DNA from: Thermoplasmata archaeon
GTDB taxonomy: Archaea; Thermoplasmatota; Thermoplasmata; Halarchaeoplasmatales; Halarchaeoplasmataceae
DNA length: 45,617 nt
Assembly: GCA_019594305.1 (NCBI GenBank)
Contig: JAFDTZ010000001.1
Location: 1-45,617, forward strand
Direction of reading: 5' to 3'
This document shows, piece after piece, positions 25,984 to 35,349 of the stretch. The translations under genes and the position numbers were made by a program. The notes under the pieces were generated by a model, which saw only the letters and a list, made by a program, of their open reading frames with translations, was not told where the DNA came from and made no database searches. Each line of letters begins with the position of its first letter. Within the stretch, counting starts at the first letter, position 1.

Positions 25984-26057
25984 TGCCCGATCCGGGATTC
26001 GAACCCGGGTAAGAGGCTCCGCAGGCCCCTATGATATCCAGACTACACTAATCGGGC
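25984..26057 (-). tRNA. tRNA-Arg (anticodon GCG), no intron, no encoded CCA
   Basis: Acceptor GCCCGAT/ATCGGGC. Anticodon stem GGGGC/GCCTC with loop CTGCGGA. T arm CCGGG-TTCGAAT-CCCGG. Discriminator A. Confidence 0.85.
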
Positions 26058-26096
26058 TGTTAGATAAAATAGGGGATGATATGCTTCTAGTTTAAT

Positions 26097-27308
26097 TTAT
26101 CGCTTTTTTTCGGCCATGGGCCACCTCTCCACCTCGAGAGCGTCTGCAGTAGGATATACCTCTATTCCGTAACATTCCTCATCTAATTTCGGTGCGATAT
26201 CTTCCAGTATCGGCAAATATATCTCTATCCTGTCTTTACTGACATCGTGCCATAACTTTTCGGCTGGTACGTCGTAATCCTTCACCAGTAACTTTATCAT
26301 CTCTTCGGGGCGTTGACAACTTATTATCCCCTTTACAAGCGTTCCGTCGTCGGTTATTATCTCCCACTCTCGGACCACACGCTGGGCCCTCCTCATTATT
26401 CTTTTCCTTAACTGTATACCATCCTTGAATGATGCCGAGCAATAATGTACGGACGTTCCATGGTCGATAGTCATCAGATACGTGGCAAACTCCTGACTAC
26501 CACGAGCTGCACTAGAGATGTCGCTCTTTTCATTGAAACCCCTACTCAACAATTCTTCCCAGTTGGTTGAAGAGAACTCCAGTTCGTTCAAATTTACAAA
26601 ATCCACAAGGGGTCCTAAAATCTTCAGTAGATGAAGTGTTTCTTCACGTAAAAAAGGTATCGAAGGTATCTCGATACCTACATCTATAGGATATTTCCTC
26701 AATTCGTGCACGATATGCGGATATTCAGTTTCCTCGATATTATTCCATGTCTCCACCGGCGGATGAAACCTGATCTCGTCGAGACCCATCTGGCACGCCC
26801 TCCGTATCTTGTCGATATCGGTTACCTGCGTATACAGATGTATGTGATGGTCATCACCGAAGGCCTCCTTCAGAGCACCTATGTATGCAAAAGTATTGTC
26901 TGTTACCAGCGGGTCGCCACCGGTTATACCGGTTCCCAGGGCACCTATGTCTTTCGCCTCTTGAATTACATCTTCTTCACCGGTGGTAAGAAGTTCATTT
27001 GCATATACGATATTCTTATCTTTCTTTTCTTTCGATAAAGGACAGTACCAGCATGTACCTTCACATCGGCCGGTTACAAGGAGGACCATCTTCGCGCCTA
27101 GCGTGCAGTAACTGCAGCCCTTTGGTAAATTACCGGTAAAGGCCGAATCGTTCTCAAGTTTGTTCACTTTCACAGGAAGAATAGATTGAGAAGACAATAT
27201 AACCTTTACCCTGGGAAAATATATTACACACTGAACGGATAGCCCGATGATGATATACTTAGGACCGGGGGGTACACCCCATGGAGTAAAGGGTACGGAG
27301 GCGAGCAT
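26097..27308 (-). CDS. Radical SAM protein (PflA-related, COG2108-like), function unknown
   Basis: LPKGCSYCTLGAKMVLLVTGRCEGTCWYCPLS carries a canonical CX3CX2C. The true start is probably internal (for example GTG 27173), because the first ~20 codons overlap the divergent gene at 27247. Confidence 0.7.
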   Translation of the reverse strand: MLASVPFTPWGVPPGPKYIIIGLSVQCVIYFPRVKVILSSQSILPVKVNKLENDSAFTGNLPKGCSYCTLGAKMVLLVTGRCEGTCWYCPLSKEKKDKNIVYANELLTTGEEDVIQEAKDIGALGTGITGGDPLVTDNTFAYIGALKEAFGDDHHIHLYTQVTDIDKIRRACQMGLDEIRFHPPVETWNNIEETEYPHIVHELRKYPIDVGIEIPSIPFLREETLHLLKILGPLVDFVNLNELEFSSTNWEELLSRGFNEKSDISSAARGSQEFATYLMTIDHGTSVHYCSASFKDGIQLRKRIMRRAQRVVREWEIITDDGTLVKGIISCQRPEEMIKLLVKDYDVPAEKLWHDVSKDRIEIYLPILEDIAPKLDEECYGIEVYPTADALEVERWPMAEKKR

Positions 27309-28056
27309 GGCCTACTTAGCCGAAGAGAGGCTTAATGCCATGGAAGTTCAATTTGTCAGGGGTGCCAGGATGAAGGATTCAACGGCAAAAAGTATAGGCG
27401 ATGAGGCCTCTAAACACGGCATACATCTGAGTATCCACGCGCCTTACTATATCAACCTTAACTCCGAGAAGGACGACATAATAGAAAAAAGTAAAGAGCG
27501 AATAATGAAGAGCGCACGTCTGGGCGATATAATGGGAGCTAAGGTTATCACGGTACATGCCGGTTACTACGGTGAACTCGGCAGTGAAGAAACCACCGAT
27601 ATAATCGGTGAGAATGTTGTCGAATGTGCTGAGATGATCGTTGAAGAATCTCTTAAGGTAAAGATAGGCCTCGAGCAGATGGGTAGAAAGAAAAGTTGGG
27701 GCACCCTTGACGAGATCGCAGATGTGATGAAGATGACTGAATTCGTCGTTCCCGTGCTGGACTTTGCACATTACCATGCACGATACGATGGAATACTTAA
27801 GACGGAGAAGGACTTTCGTGAACTGCTGAAAAAGTACGAAACCATCCACAACGGCCCGCTGCACTCGCATTTTTCCTCAATCGAATACAACGATACCGGT
27901 GAAAGGGCACATCTCAACGTGAATGACAGAGACCCTGACTTCTCTATGCTGGCACCGTTGCTAAAGGAAAAAGACTATGATATTACAGTCATATGCGAGA
28001 CTCCGGAGCTAGACCGTGACAGTCTAAGGATGAAGAAGATGCTGGAATCGGTTTAA
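27247..28056 (+). CDS. Xylose-isomerase-like TIM-barrel protein, AP endonuclease family 2 (endonuclease IV-like)
   Basis: NAMEVQFVRG ... GIHLSIHAPYYINLNS ... GAKVITVHAGYY ... DFAHYHAR follows the Nfo/AP-endonuclease-2 metal-ligand pattern. Confidence 0.7.
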   Translation: MMIYLGPGGTPHGVKGTEASMAYLAEERLNAMEVQFVRGARMKDSTAKSIGDEASKHGIHLSIHAPYYINLNSEKDDIIEKSKERIMKSARLGDIMGAKVITVHAGYYGELGSEETTDIIGENVVECAEMIVEESLKVKIGLEQMGRKKSWGTLDEIADVMKMTEFVVPVLDFAHYHARYDGILKTEKDFRELLKKYETIHNGPLHSHFSSIEYNDTGERAHLNVNDRDPDFSMLAPLLKEKDYDITVICETPELDRDSLRMKKMLESV

Positions 28057-28157
28057 ATCCGTTTTTCATGAACAACCATTATGATGGTCAGAGAAAAGAG
28101 CAACGGAAAACTATTTTTTGTAATAGTCTATCTATATTAAACCCGGGGTAAAAGGTA

Positions 28158-29048
28158 ATGATACAACCGCTATATTATGACCAGGTAGTTGAATGGCGTC
28201 AAAAAAGGTTTAAGAATAGATGGAAAAAATTTGCCTGGAAATTGTTATATTCCACCTTATCTATCTTTACCCTAATTCTCGTCATCTATGTTTTCATATA
28301 TCTAACTAGATTCGAAACCGATGCTATCCAAAGGGTATTGGTCTATAACCTCGTTTTCGTAGGGCTTTACATCTTGTTCACATACGACGCCTTAGACGAA
28401 TACAGAGAACTCGGTTTGATCAGTAGTTTTATCTTTCCCATGGGATTTTTTTTATATATGACATTTTTTGCATCGGATCTATCGTTTATATCTTTTTTCA
28501 TATTACCGATAATCCTCGGCGGCGCGTATTTCTCGATATTGGATGTGCTGCGCGGTCGTGTGATACTCAAGAAAACACGGTATCCTCAAGAACAACCCGT
28601 ATTTTACTACGAAGACGGTTCCGTAAGATCGTACAAACGTAAACTGCTCCTTGAGCGGTGGAACATAATATGGTATAAGGTCCTATTCGTACTGAGCTTT
28701 TTCTTACTTTTTTTCGGTGCATTGATCCTGGATGTATTCATGTACATATTCAAGCCCGGCCCCCTGGTTACTTTTGCTGCATTGAACATGATCTCGATTG
28801 GTTTTATCTTGATGACCGCAGACATAGCTTGGACTGAGTTTAAGGAAAAAAGGTACATAAGTTCATTGTTAGCCTTGATCTACTGTGAGTTTATGTTCAT
28901 TCTTACCTCTTTTGGAAAGATAGTGATACCCCATGAAAACGCTATTTTTTTTGTGCTTTTTTTCGTTGTGCTCGTACTTGTTTCCCCGATCGACATGCTC
29001 ATGGTTTACATCCGAAATAAACTCAGAAAGGATCAGTGTAAGACTTGA
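28158..29048 (+). CDS. Polytopic membrane protein with an internal two-fold repeat, function unknown
   Basis: About 8 hydrophobic helices. The N half (YYDQVVEWRQKRFKNRWKKFAWKLLY ... YDALDEYRELGLISS) parallels the C half (YYEDGSVRSYKRKLLLERWNIIWYKVLF ... ADIAWTEFKEKRYISS). Confidence 0.6.
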   Translation: MIQPLYYDQVVEWRQKRFKNRWKKFAWKLLYSTLSIFTLILVIYVFIYLTRFETDAIQRVLVYNLVFVGLYILFTYDALDEYRELGLISSFIFPMGFFLYMTFFASDLSFISFFILPIILGGAYFSILDVLRGRVILKKTRYPQEQPVFYYEDGSVRSYKRKLLLERWNIIWYKVLFVLSFFLLFFGALILDVFMYIFKPGPLVTFAALNMISIGFILMTADIAWTEFKEKRYISSLLALIYCEFMFILTSFGKIVIPHENAIFFVLFFVVLVLVSPIDMLMVYIRNKLRKDQCKT

Positions 29049-29055
29049 ATTGATT

Positions 29056-31470
29056 TCAATCTACCCTCGCAACCCGTGACACACCATCCTCTTTTTGTAC
29101 CAAGTACTCCACATCAGCAAGATTGACTATCTCATTCTCGTGAGATACTATAACGATCTGATCCGCCGTTACCTTCTCCATAACATCCTTAAGGCGTCTC
29201 AACTGTTCACGGCTGAAGCCCGTTGTCGGCTCGTCCAGTACCAACAAATTGTTCTTAAGTTCAAGCTCTTTCTTTATCATCGTGTTGAATGCCAGCCTGT
29301 ATGCCAAAGCTACCGAGGTCCTTTCACCGCCGCTTATATCGTCAACAGGAGTGACGTGATTCTGTACGGTGATTATGGGTGCGAAGTTTTCATCTAAGGT
29401 GGCGTTTATTTCCGGATCATCCAATATCTCATCGAACCATGCCCTGAAGTAAGACTCGAAGTCCATGTTCAACTGTGCCATTCGGTGTTCTTCCATGGAA
29501 CGAATACACTCCTTGAGATCCCTGGTTATCCACGTTTGCATCGAATTTAATTCCGATGCCCTAACTTTGCATCCTTCCATCTTCTTCAACTCACGCTCCA
29601 GCGCCTCTATCTCTCTATTCAACCGCTTTATGGTACTCTGATGGTAGTTACGCTTTTCCTTTAACTTGCTGGTTTCTTTTATCAATCCCTCGTGCTCCCT
29701 TTTCAGCTTATTGAATTCCTCCTGTGAAAATTTCTGTTTAAGCTCTATAAGTTGTTTTTCTATCTCAGCCAGCTTATCCACCGTATCTTCAAGCTTGCTC
29801 TCTTTATCTTCTTTCTTCTTCACTAGTTCATTCTTTTTAGCTATCTTTTCTTCCAACTGCAACTTTCTGTCCCTGTACTTACGCAACTTTTTTTTCCTTT
29901 TCTCCAGAGCCTGTAGATCCTCTTTGCTGTGTTCGAACTCACCGATAATATCTTTTAGCTCAGCCATCTTCTTTTCTGTTGACTCGACCCTATCTTGGAT
30001 ATCGGGTAGCGATTTTAACTCCTTTTCCAACCTCTGCTTCTCCTTCTTCCGGTAACCGATATTTCTTTCAAGCTTCTCCATATGCTCCACCTCCACCCCC
30101 AAGGTACGGTGTTCCTCACTCTTTGTCTCCAGACCCTCTTTCAATTCTTCCTCTTTCTCTTCCTCTTCCCCTCTTTTACTCTCGAGTTCCTCCAAAATAT
30201 TATCTATGTGCTCTTCGCTTATGGGCTGTTTACATTTGCTACATTCACCCTGACCCTCCAAACCGGCCATCTCCTTCTTCTCTGTCTCTATTGCTTTAAT
30301 TTCGTTCTGTACGGTCCTGATGTCACCCTTCAAATCGGTAACTTCCCTTCGCAATTTCTCTTGTTGCTTCTTCGTATCTTCCAATCCTTCCGTTTCTTTT
30401 TCAAGCTTCTCGAGTTCCAGTATTATCTTACGTACGGCTTCTTCCTGGCTGTTCAACTTTTCTAGCTTTTCTGTTAAGTTCTTATGCTCTACCTGTAGGG
30501 TCTCCAGCCTTCGCTCCTTATCCGTCCGTTCTTGGATCTCCTCCCTCATCTTATCCACTTTTTCAGTGACTTCAACGTACTCCTCGTAGTGACCCTTTAT
30601 TTCACCGAGTTCTTTTTCTCCCTTAGCGATATCTTCGATCTCCTTATCTATATCATATATATTTTCCTTCAAAGCCTCCGCCAGACTCTTGAAACGCTCA
30701 CCCAGGGACTGTGCTTTGTTCTTCGTGTCTCTCAATTCCTCAAGCTCCTTCTTCCTGACAGTGATGTCCTCCAAGATAGCGTTCTTTTCTTCAAGCTTTT
30801 TTACGGTTTTCTTTTTTTCTTCATTCTCAAATTTTACCTCTTCTTTCTTATCTTCATATTTCTCCCGGTATTCTTCTATCCTCTCAGCTCTGGTTATCAA
30901 CCTTAGTATCTCCTTCTCCAGCCCCTTTTTTATCACCGAGATATTATCGACCGCTCTTTTATACTCTTCCAAATTGAAAATCTTGCGTACGGCTTCGAGC
31001 CGCTCTTCGTCCCTCATGGACAATATCGAGTTCATCTGTTCCTGAGGCGTGAATATGCTCATGTGGAACGTTTCGACCTTACCACGACTTTTCTCCCTCA
31101 ATCTTAAAAGTTCAAGTATCCTTTCCCTCATCTCCTCGGGACTGAGCTCAGTCTTTACATCGTCGGAAACAAGATACGATTTGTCGGGCTTCATACCGTT
31201 ACTAGTCCTCTTTATGCTTCGATAGGCGGTATAATCCGTTCCATCTACTGTAAAATCAAGCTCGACACTAGCACCGGTAGAATCATGCCTGGTTATCTTG
31301 TCGTAAAATCCCTGGTTGATCGCTCCGAAGAGCACGAATTCCAACCCTAAAAGTATGGAAGATTTTCCGGAGCCGATATCTCCCTGAAACAGCAGGACAC
31401 CTTCCTGGAAATCGATGGTTTCCTTCTTGTAGCTACGAATATTCTCCAGCTCCATCCGTCTGAGCATCAT
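29056..31470 (-). CDS. rad50: DNA double-strand break repair ATPase Rad50
   Basis: Walker A GDIGSGKSS. Long coiled coil with a zinc hook CSKCKQP. Signature SGGERTSVALAYRLAF. Walker B LLVLDEPT. ATGA overlap with mre11. Confidence 0.93.
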   Translation of the reverse strand: MMLRRMELENIRSYKKETIDFQEGVLLFQGDIGSGKSSILLGLEFVLFGAINQGFYDKITRHDSTGASVELDFTVDGTDYTAYRSIKRTSNGMKPDKSYLVSDDVKTELSPEEMRERILELLRLREKSRGKVETFHMSIFTPQEQMNSILSMRDEERLEAVRKIFNLEEYKRAVDNISVIKKGLEKEILRLITRAERIEEYREKYEDKKEEVKFENEEKKKTVKKLEEKNAILEDITVRKKELEELRDTKNKAQSLGERFKSLAEALKENIYDIDKEIEDIAKGEKELGEIKGHYEEYVEVTEKVDKMREEIQERTDKERRLETLQVEHKNLTEKLEKLNSQEEAVRKIILELEKLEKETEGLEDTKKQQEKLRREVTDLKGDIRTVQNEIKAIETEKKEMAGLEGQGECSKCKQPISEEHIDNILEELESKRGEEEEKEEELKEGLETKSEEHRTLGVEVEHMEKLERNIGYRKKEKQRLEKELKSLPDIQDRVESTEKKMAELKDIIGEFEHSKEDLQALEKRKKKLRKYRDRKLQLEEKIAKKNELVKKKEDKESKLEDTVDKLAEIEKQLIELKQKFSQEEFNKLKREHEGLIKETSKLKEKRNYHQSTIKRLNREIEALERELKKMEGCKVRASELNSMQTWITRDLKECIRSMEEHRMAQLNMDFESYFRAWFDEILDDPEINATLDENFAPIITVQNHVTPVDDISGGERTSVALAYRLAFNTMIKKELELKNNLLVLDEPTTGFSREQLRRLKDVMEKVTADQIVIVSHENEIVNLADVEYLVQKEDGVSRVARVD

Positions 31471-32774
31471 TCGGGTTCACCTCCGAAGTCCGACAACGAT
31501 ACCTGGCCCGATGTGTCTTTCTCGGCGGACACCTTTCCTATCTTAACCCCGTTGATCAATGCCCATGCATCACTCCATAAACGCCCTTCGTAGTCGTCCT
31601 TTGTCTCGCCGTCGGCCTGCTCCGTCTTTAATATACTCAGCAGTTGACCGGCAAATGATATGTCCACACCTTCTGGTGTCCCGTACTCCTCCAGCAGGCT
31701 CTCCTCTACCTTTTCGGTACTCTCTTCCCTTACCTTGATCCTTTCCAGGTTCTTTCCCGATAGTTGTCTGCGATTGACGAACACCGTTTTAGCCCCTGCT
31801 TTCTCCAGTTTCTGCTTCACCTCGTTGAAGTCTATATCTTCTGGTACGCCCTCGGTGAGTTCACCGTGTACTTTAAGCAAGAAAATCTCTTCTGATATTT
31901 TTCCGGAATAGAGTGCCGATAACTTTTCTTCCAGCTCCCTTGTGCTCATACCGGTAGCATCCACATCTTCGCGCTTTATACCGAAGGAATCCAATTCGAT
32001 ATACACAGGGTTCCAGTCGTCAACTATGAAAAAACCTCTATGCTCTTCCCTCTCCAGGTCGGTATACGACGAACCGAAGGTAGCACCCGGGTAGGTGACA
32101 GGCGCACCGTCTTTGACATGCTCTAGCAACCTGTGTACATGCCCTCCCGCATAGTATTTATAACCGTCGGGCAATAAAGACATAGGCACGGTTTCGGACT
32201 CGTGTATATCAGCTGGCTTCATCTCTGACAAAGGTGTGTGGAAGACGAAGATAGCGTCACCGTCGGGTTCCTGAAAATCTATCGATTCGTAGTAACTTGC
32301 ATCCATTCGGTTCTTCCTACCGCTCATACCCGCGATGGATATCCCCGTAGGATCTTTTACATGTGACAGTTTACCTTCGTCGTGAAGATACTGCACCACT
32401 TTTTTGAATACCTGTGCACTCTCAAGCACATCTATCAAAGATGCCTTGGAGATGTTGAAGTCGTGGGAGCCGTAAACCGCATATATCCTGATACCACGGC
32501 CCCTTGCCTCTATCATAGCCTTCACAGCCCTGTTGACTACATCCATATCCGGATGGGGGTTGTGGAACAGGTCTCCCGCGATTATGATAAAATCTACTTC
32601 TCTCTCTATACAGATATCGACAGCCTCTTCGAAGGCCTTAAGATTGTATTCCCTAAGCTCGGGATTGCGCCCGAAAGCACCCAGGTGACAGTCTGCCATA
32701 TGTGCGAACCTAACCATCGTCTCACCCGAAGAACTCCAGCTTCGTCTTTTTTCTTCCCCCTTCCACGACATCAT
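31467..32774 (-). CDS. mre11: DNA double-strand break repair nuclease Mre11
   Basis: Phosphoesterase motifs [25 protein letters not shown] and GGHVH. Likely start is Met20 (ATG 32717) with GGTGA 5 nt upstream, 4 nt after the herA stop. Confidence 0.92.
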   Translation of the reverse strand: MMSWKGEEKRRSWSSSGETMVRFAHMADCHLGAFGRNPELREYNLKAFEEAVDICIEREVDFIIIAGDLFHNPHPDMDVVNRAVKAMIEARGRGIRIYAVYGSHDFNISKASLIDVLESAQVFKKVVQYLHDEGKLSHVKDPTGISIAGMSGRKNRMDASYYESIDFQEPDGDAIFVFHTPLSEMKPADIHESETVPMSLLPDGYKYYAGGHVHRLLEHVKDGAPVTYPGATFGSSYTDLEREEHRGFFIVDDWNPVYIELDSFGIKREDVDATGMSTRELEEKLSALYSGKISEEIFLLKVHGELTEGVPEDIDFNEVKQKLEKAGAKTVFVNRRQLSGKNLERIKVREESTEKVEESLLEEYGTPEGVDISFAGQLLSILKTEQADGETKDDYEGRLWSDAWALINGVKIGKVSAEKDTSGQVSLSDFGGEPE

Positions 32775-34221
32775 CGAAGAGGTCTATCTTTATGGGTACG
32801 GCGAACTTGGTGAATATGCTACTCACCAGGGCCTCGCCCTTGTCCAAGCTGGCGATGTTCTTTCCGTCTTTTGAAAGGTCTTGGGCGGCACTACCGATTA
32901 TCGCTTCTCTCTCGCTCTTCATCTCGTTACCGAGAATGATCTTGGTGTTCATGTTAGCCAGTATCTCACGTGGTATCATACTGGACAACTGGGTTATGGC
33001 GATGAGTCCGACCCTGAACTTTCGTCCCTCCCTAGCGATGGAATGGAAAACATTCCTGCCACCTCGTTCGCCCAGCACTCTCGGTGCTTCCTCGATCACT
33101 ATACCGATGGTCGGTTTGCTGTCCAGTTCCCCCAACTCCTTGTATTTTTTATATCGGTTGAATACCCTGTCGGTGATCATACCGGCTATCAACAACTCCT
33201 TGTCTCCCGACATAGAACTAGTATCCAAAATCACCTTTTTTCCGTCCTCCAGTGCATCGGCTATCTCGTTGACCATGTTGTCCGAGCCTTGGGTAACGAA
33301 TATACTGCCTCTCGGCACTACCTCACCGTTTACCATACGTACGTCGAAGGAAAGCTGCAGTTTACGCTGCAGAACATTAAGAGTGGTTTCGTGGATGCCG
33401 TGGGCCTTAGCATCTTCAGCTTCCGCCCTTAATATCGCCTTCAGCCAATTATCGTGATATATATTGTAGTACACGTACATGGCCTGACTTTGGGCGTCAG
33501 TTATGTCGATGATCCCCCTGAGGTTCCACGGTCTAAGCAGAGATATATTTATCCTCAGGCTATAGCCACCTTTCGGCGGGTTCGGTGAATAGTACAGTAC
33601 TTTATCTCTGGCATCATGGTGGTCCTTTATACCTATCTCGTTACGGCCGAAGTATTCATCGTGGGGATCTATCACCAGGACCCCGCACCATTCCTTGGGA
33701 ACCATGTCCCAAAGCATCACCTTGACAAGGTTACTCTTTCCGCGTCCTGTGGTTGCGGGTATCAATATATGGTGAGAGAGGGCCTCCTTGCCGTTGATCT
33801 TTACCGGTACATCCAACACCATGCTGCCGCTCCGTACCTTGCCGAGATACAGACTGTTCTCCGGTTCCTCCATAAAGTAAAAATCATCCTTCTTCACCCT
33901 GTCCACAGTACCGAAGAATCCCGGCAGTCGCTTCGGTATCTTTGCTACTCCTTTTTTGACATGTACCAGCGGTTTGGCTTTGGCACTCACATAATTCCTT
34001 ATCTCCTCTTCCATCAGTGAGGTATCGTCGTAACCTTCCAGCTGCATACCGCTCATCCTAGCTATGTCAGTATCTTCCAGCAACGAACCGTATGCAAGGT
34101 CGTACACTTGAAGAATGATGTCGTCTATGGACAGCAAGTCACCGATCTCTATGATCTGTCCGCTTTTTTGCCTTACCAGAAGTTCGCCGTATTCTCCGCC
34201 TATTATCTGTCCTACTACCAT
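32722..34221 (-). CDS. herA: HerA hexameric DNA helicase/translocase
   Basis: Walker [15 protein letters not shown] and Walker [10 protein letters not shown]. Positioned between nurA and mre11. Confidence 0.9.
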   Translation of the reverse strand: MVVGQIIGGEYGELLVRQKSGQIIEIGDLLSIDDIILQVYDLAYGSLLEDTDIARMSGMQLEGYDDTSLMEEEIRNYVSAKAKPLVHVKKGVAKIPKRLPGFFGTVDRVKKDDFYFMEEPENSLYLGKVRSGSMVLDVPVKINGKEALSHHILIPATTGRGKSNLVKVMLWDMVPKEWCGVLVIDPHDEYFGRNEIGIKDHHDARDKVLYYSPNPPKGGYSLRINISLLRPWNLRGIIDITDAQSQAMYVYYNIYHDNWLKAILRAEAEDAKAHGIHETTLNVLQRKLQLSFDVRMVNGEVVPRGSIFVTQGSDNMVNEIADALEDGKKVILDTSSMSGDKELLIAGMITDRVFNRYKKYKELGELDSKPTIGIVIEEAPRVLGERGGRNVFHSIAREGRKFRVGLIAITQLSSMIPREILANMNTKIILGNEMKSEREAIIGSAAQDLSKDGKNIASLDKGEALVSSIFTKFAVPIKIDLFDDVVEGGRKKTKLEFFG

Positions 34222-34231
34222 ATGATCTCAC

Positions 34232-35269
34232 CTAAATATCGCTCAATATATCGTGGGCGTTCATGGAGTTCACCTTGTAATGCATGGACTTCCCCATCAT
34301 GCCCGTTCCCAGTGTTCTGAGGTACTTCACCTCCTCGTCGGTCACACGAGCCCTTTTGTCCGCGTCTACTAGCCCGTAAGGATACCCGAGGAATATGGGA
34401 TCCTTGGCCTGTACCGCGAGTTCGCCTAAAACCTTATCCACCGGTATATCTTGCTCCCGATGGAACTCAGTTCGGAACACGTAGTCGGAAGACCCGTGGT
34501 ACTTAATAACATAAATATCTCCCATGTGGTCCGGGTGACGGTTAGCCGCTACGGGATGGTAGTACCACCTTCCTCCCGTAATATCATCCGCCATGCCCCT
34601 TATTGCCGCCAGTAGGGGGTACCCCGTGGTGGTCATCAGTGAACTCGTCTTCGCGATTCCAGTCAGTATCACGCCCTTCTCCATACATCCTTGGTAAAGG
34701 TCATTTGCGTAACCACGTTCCTCCTCCACGCTCGTCTGAAGTACACCGTCCTTGACCAGTATATCACCTTTATCCAGATGCTCTTTCACCGCGTACTTTG
34801 CCACGAGCCATTCCAGGTAACGCCTCACGGTGTGTCCGGCATTCATCATGCTTCCGCCGTCGATCTCGTCCCTGCTAAGGACGAATTTGCGTTCTCCCAG
34901 AGGGATGGTAGAGTTTATGGGGTATAGGATAGAAACTATCCTGTCCTCAACCGGTCTTGAAACAAGGTAACCGCTGAAGGGTTCGATGTTCTTCACCCTT
35001 GTCCGGCCCCTGAAGAGGTTGAAATATACCCTTAGAAGGTGTATGCATTCCGACGGTGACTCAAATATGGTGTTGTTACCTCCGTCCACACTGCATATGA
35101 CCCTGTTATCGCTTACCGGCTCAAAATAATTGAAATTATCCGTTGATAATGGAAAGGGTTCATAGTACTGCTCCTGTTTAAAATAAGGCATCCCCCACTC
35201 TTCCGGTATGTGGTCCATGTCACTCAGCAGGTCCATCAGTTCACGTATCATTCTTTTACACCATATCAC
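34232..35269 (-). CDS. nurA: NurA 5'-3' nuclease
   Basis: NurA-domain pattern ICSVDGGNN, about 340 aa, located 10 nt upstream of herA. Confidence 0.8.
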   Translation of the reverse strand: MIWCKRMIRELMDLLSDMDHIPEEWGMPYFKQEQYYEPFPLSTDNFNYFEPVSDNRVICSVDGGNNTIFESPSECIHLLRVYFNLFRGRTRVKNIEPFSGYLVSRPVEDRIVSILYPINSTIPLGERKFVLSRDEIDGGSMMNAGHTVRRYLEWLVAKYAVKEHLDKGDILVKDGVLQTSVEEERGYANDLYQGCMEKGVILTGIAKTSSLMTTTGYPLLAAIRGMADDITGGRWYYHPVAANRHPDHMGDIYVIKYHGSSDYVFRTEFHREQDIPVDKVLGELAVQAKDPIFLGYPYGLVDADKRARVTDEEVKYLRTLGTGMMGKSMHYKVNSMNAHDILSDI

Positions 35270-35349
35270 CAGTGGTACTTAAAGGTTAAAGTCAGAGTAC
35301 GGTGAAAGTGGTTCACCAGCGGGATAAAACTTTATTAAATATAAACCTT

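Noticed and set aside
27247-27308. 62-bp head-to-head overlap of the radical SAM and endonuclease-IV-like genes, and similar overlaps at 6850..6865 and 22669..22670
   Set aside because: The longest-ORF calls extend the N-termini beyond the regions with family-typical sequence. Internal starts (about 27173, 6793/6904 and 22747) remove the overlaps.
29095-31045. Ser/Phe/Leu-rich plus-strand ORFs opposite rad50
   Set aside because: They are an artefact of the GAA/AAG/GAG-rich coiled-coil coding sequence read in antisense. Rad50 motifs on the minus strand explain the region.
32718-32774. 53-nt overlap of mre11 with herA
   Set aside because: Met20 (ATG 32717) is preceded by GGTGA and immediately precedes the first phosphoesterase motif ([10 protein letters not shown]). 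The 19-residue extension is basic/Ser-rich with no homology pattern.
32722-35269. HerA/NurA as a HerA-associated antiviral defence module
   Set aside because: They are embedded in the canonical operon with Mre11 and Rad50, all carrying intact repair motifs. No Sir2, DUF4297 or other effector partner is present.
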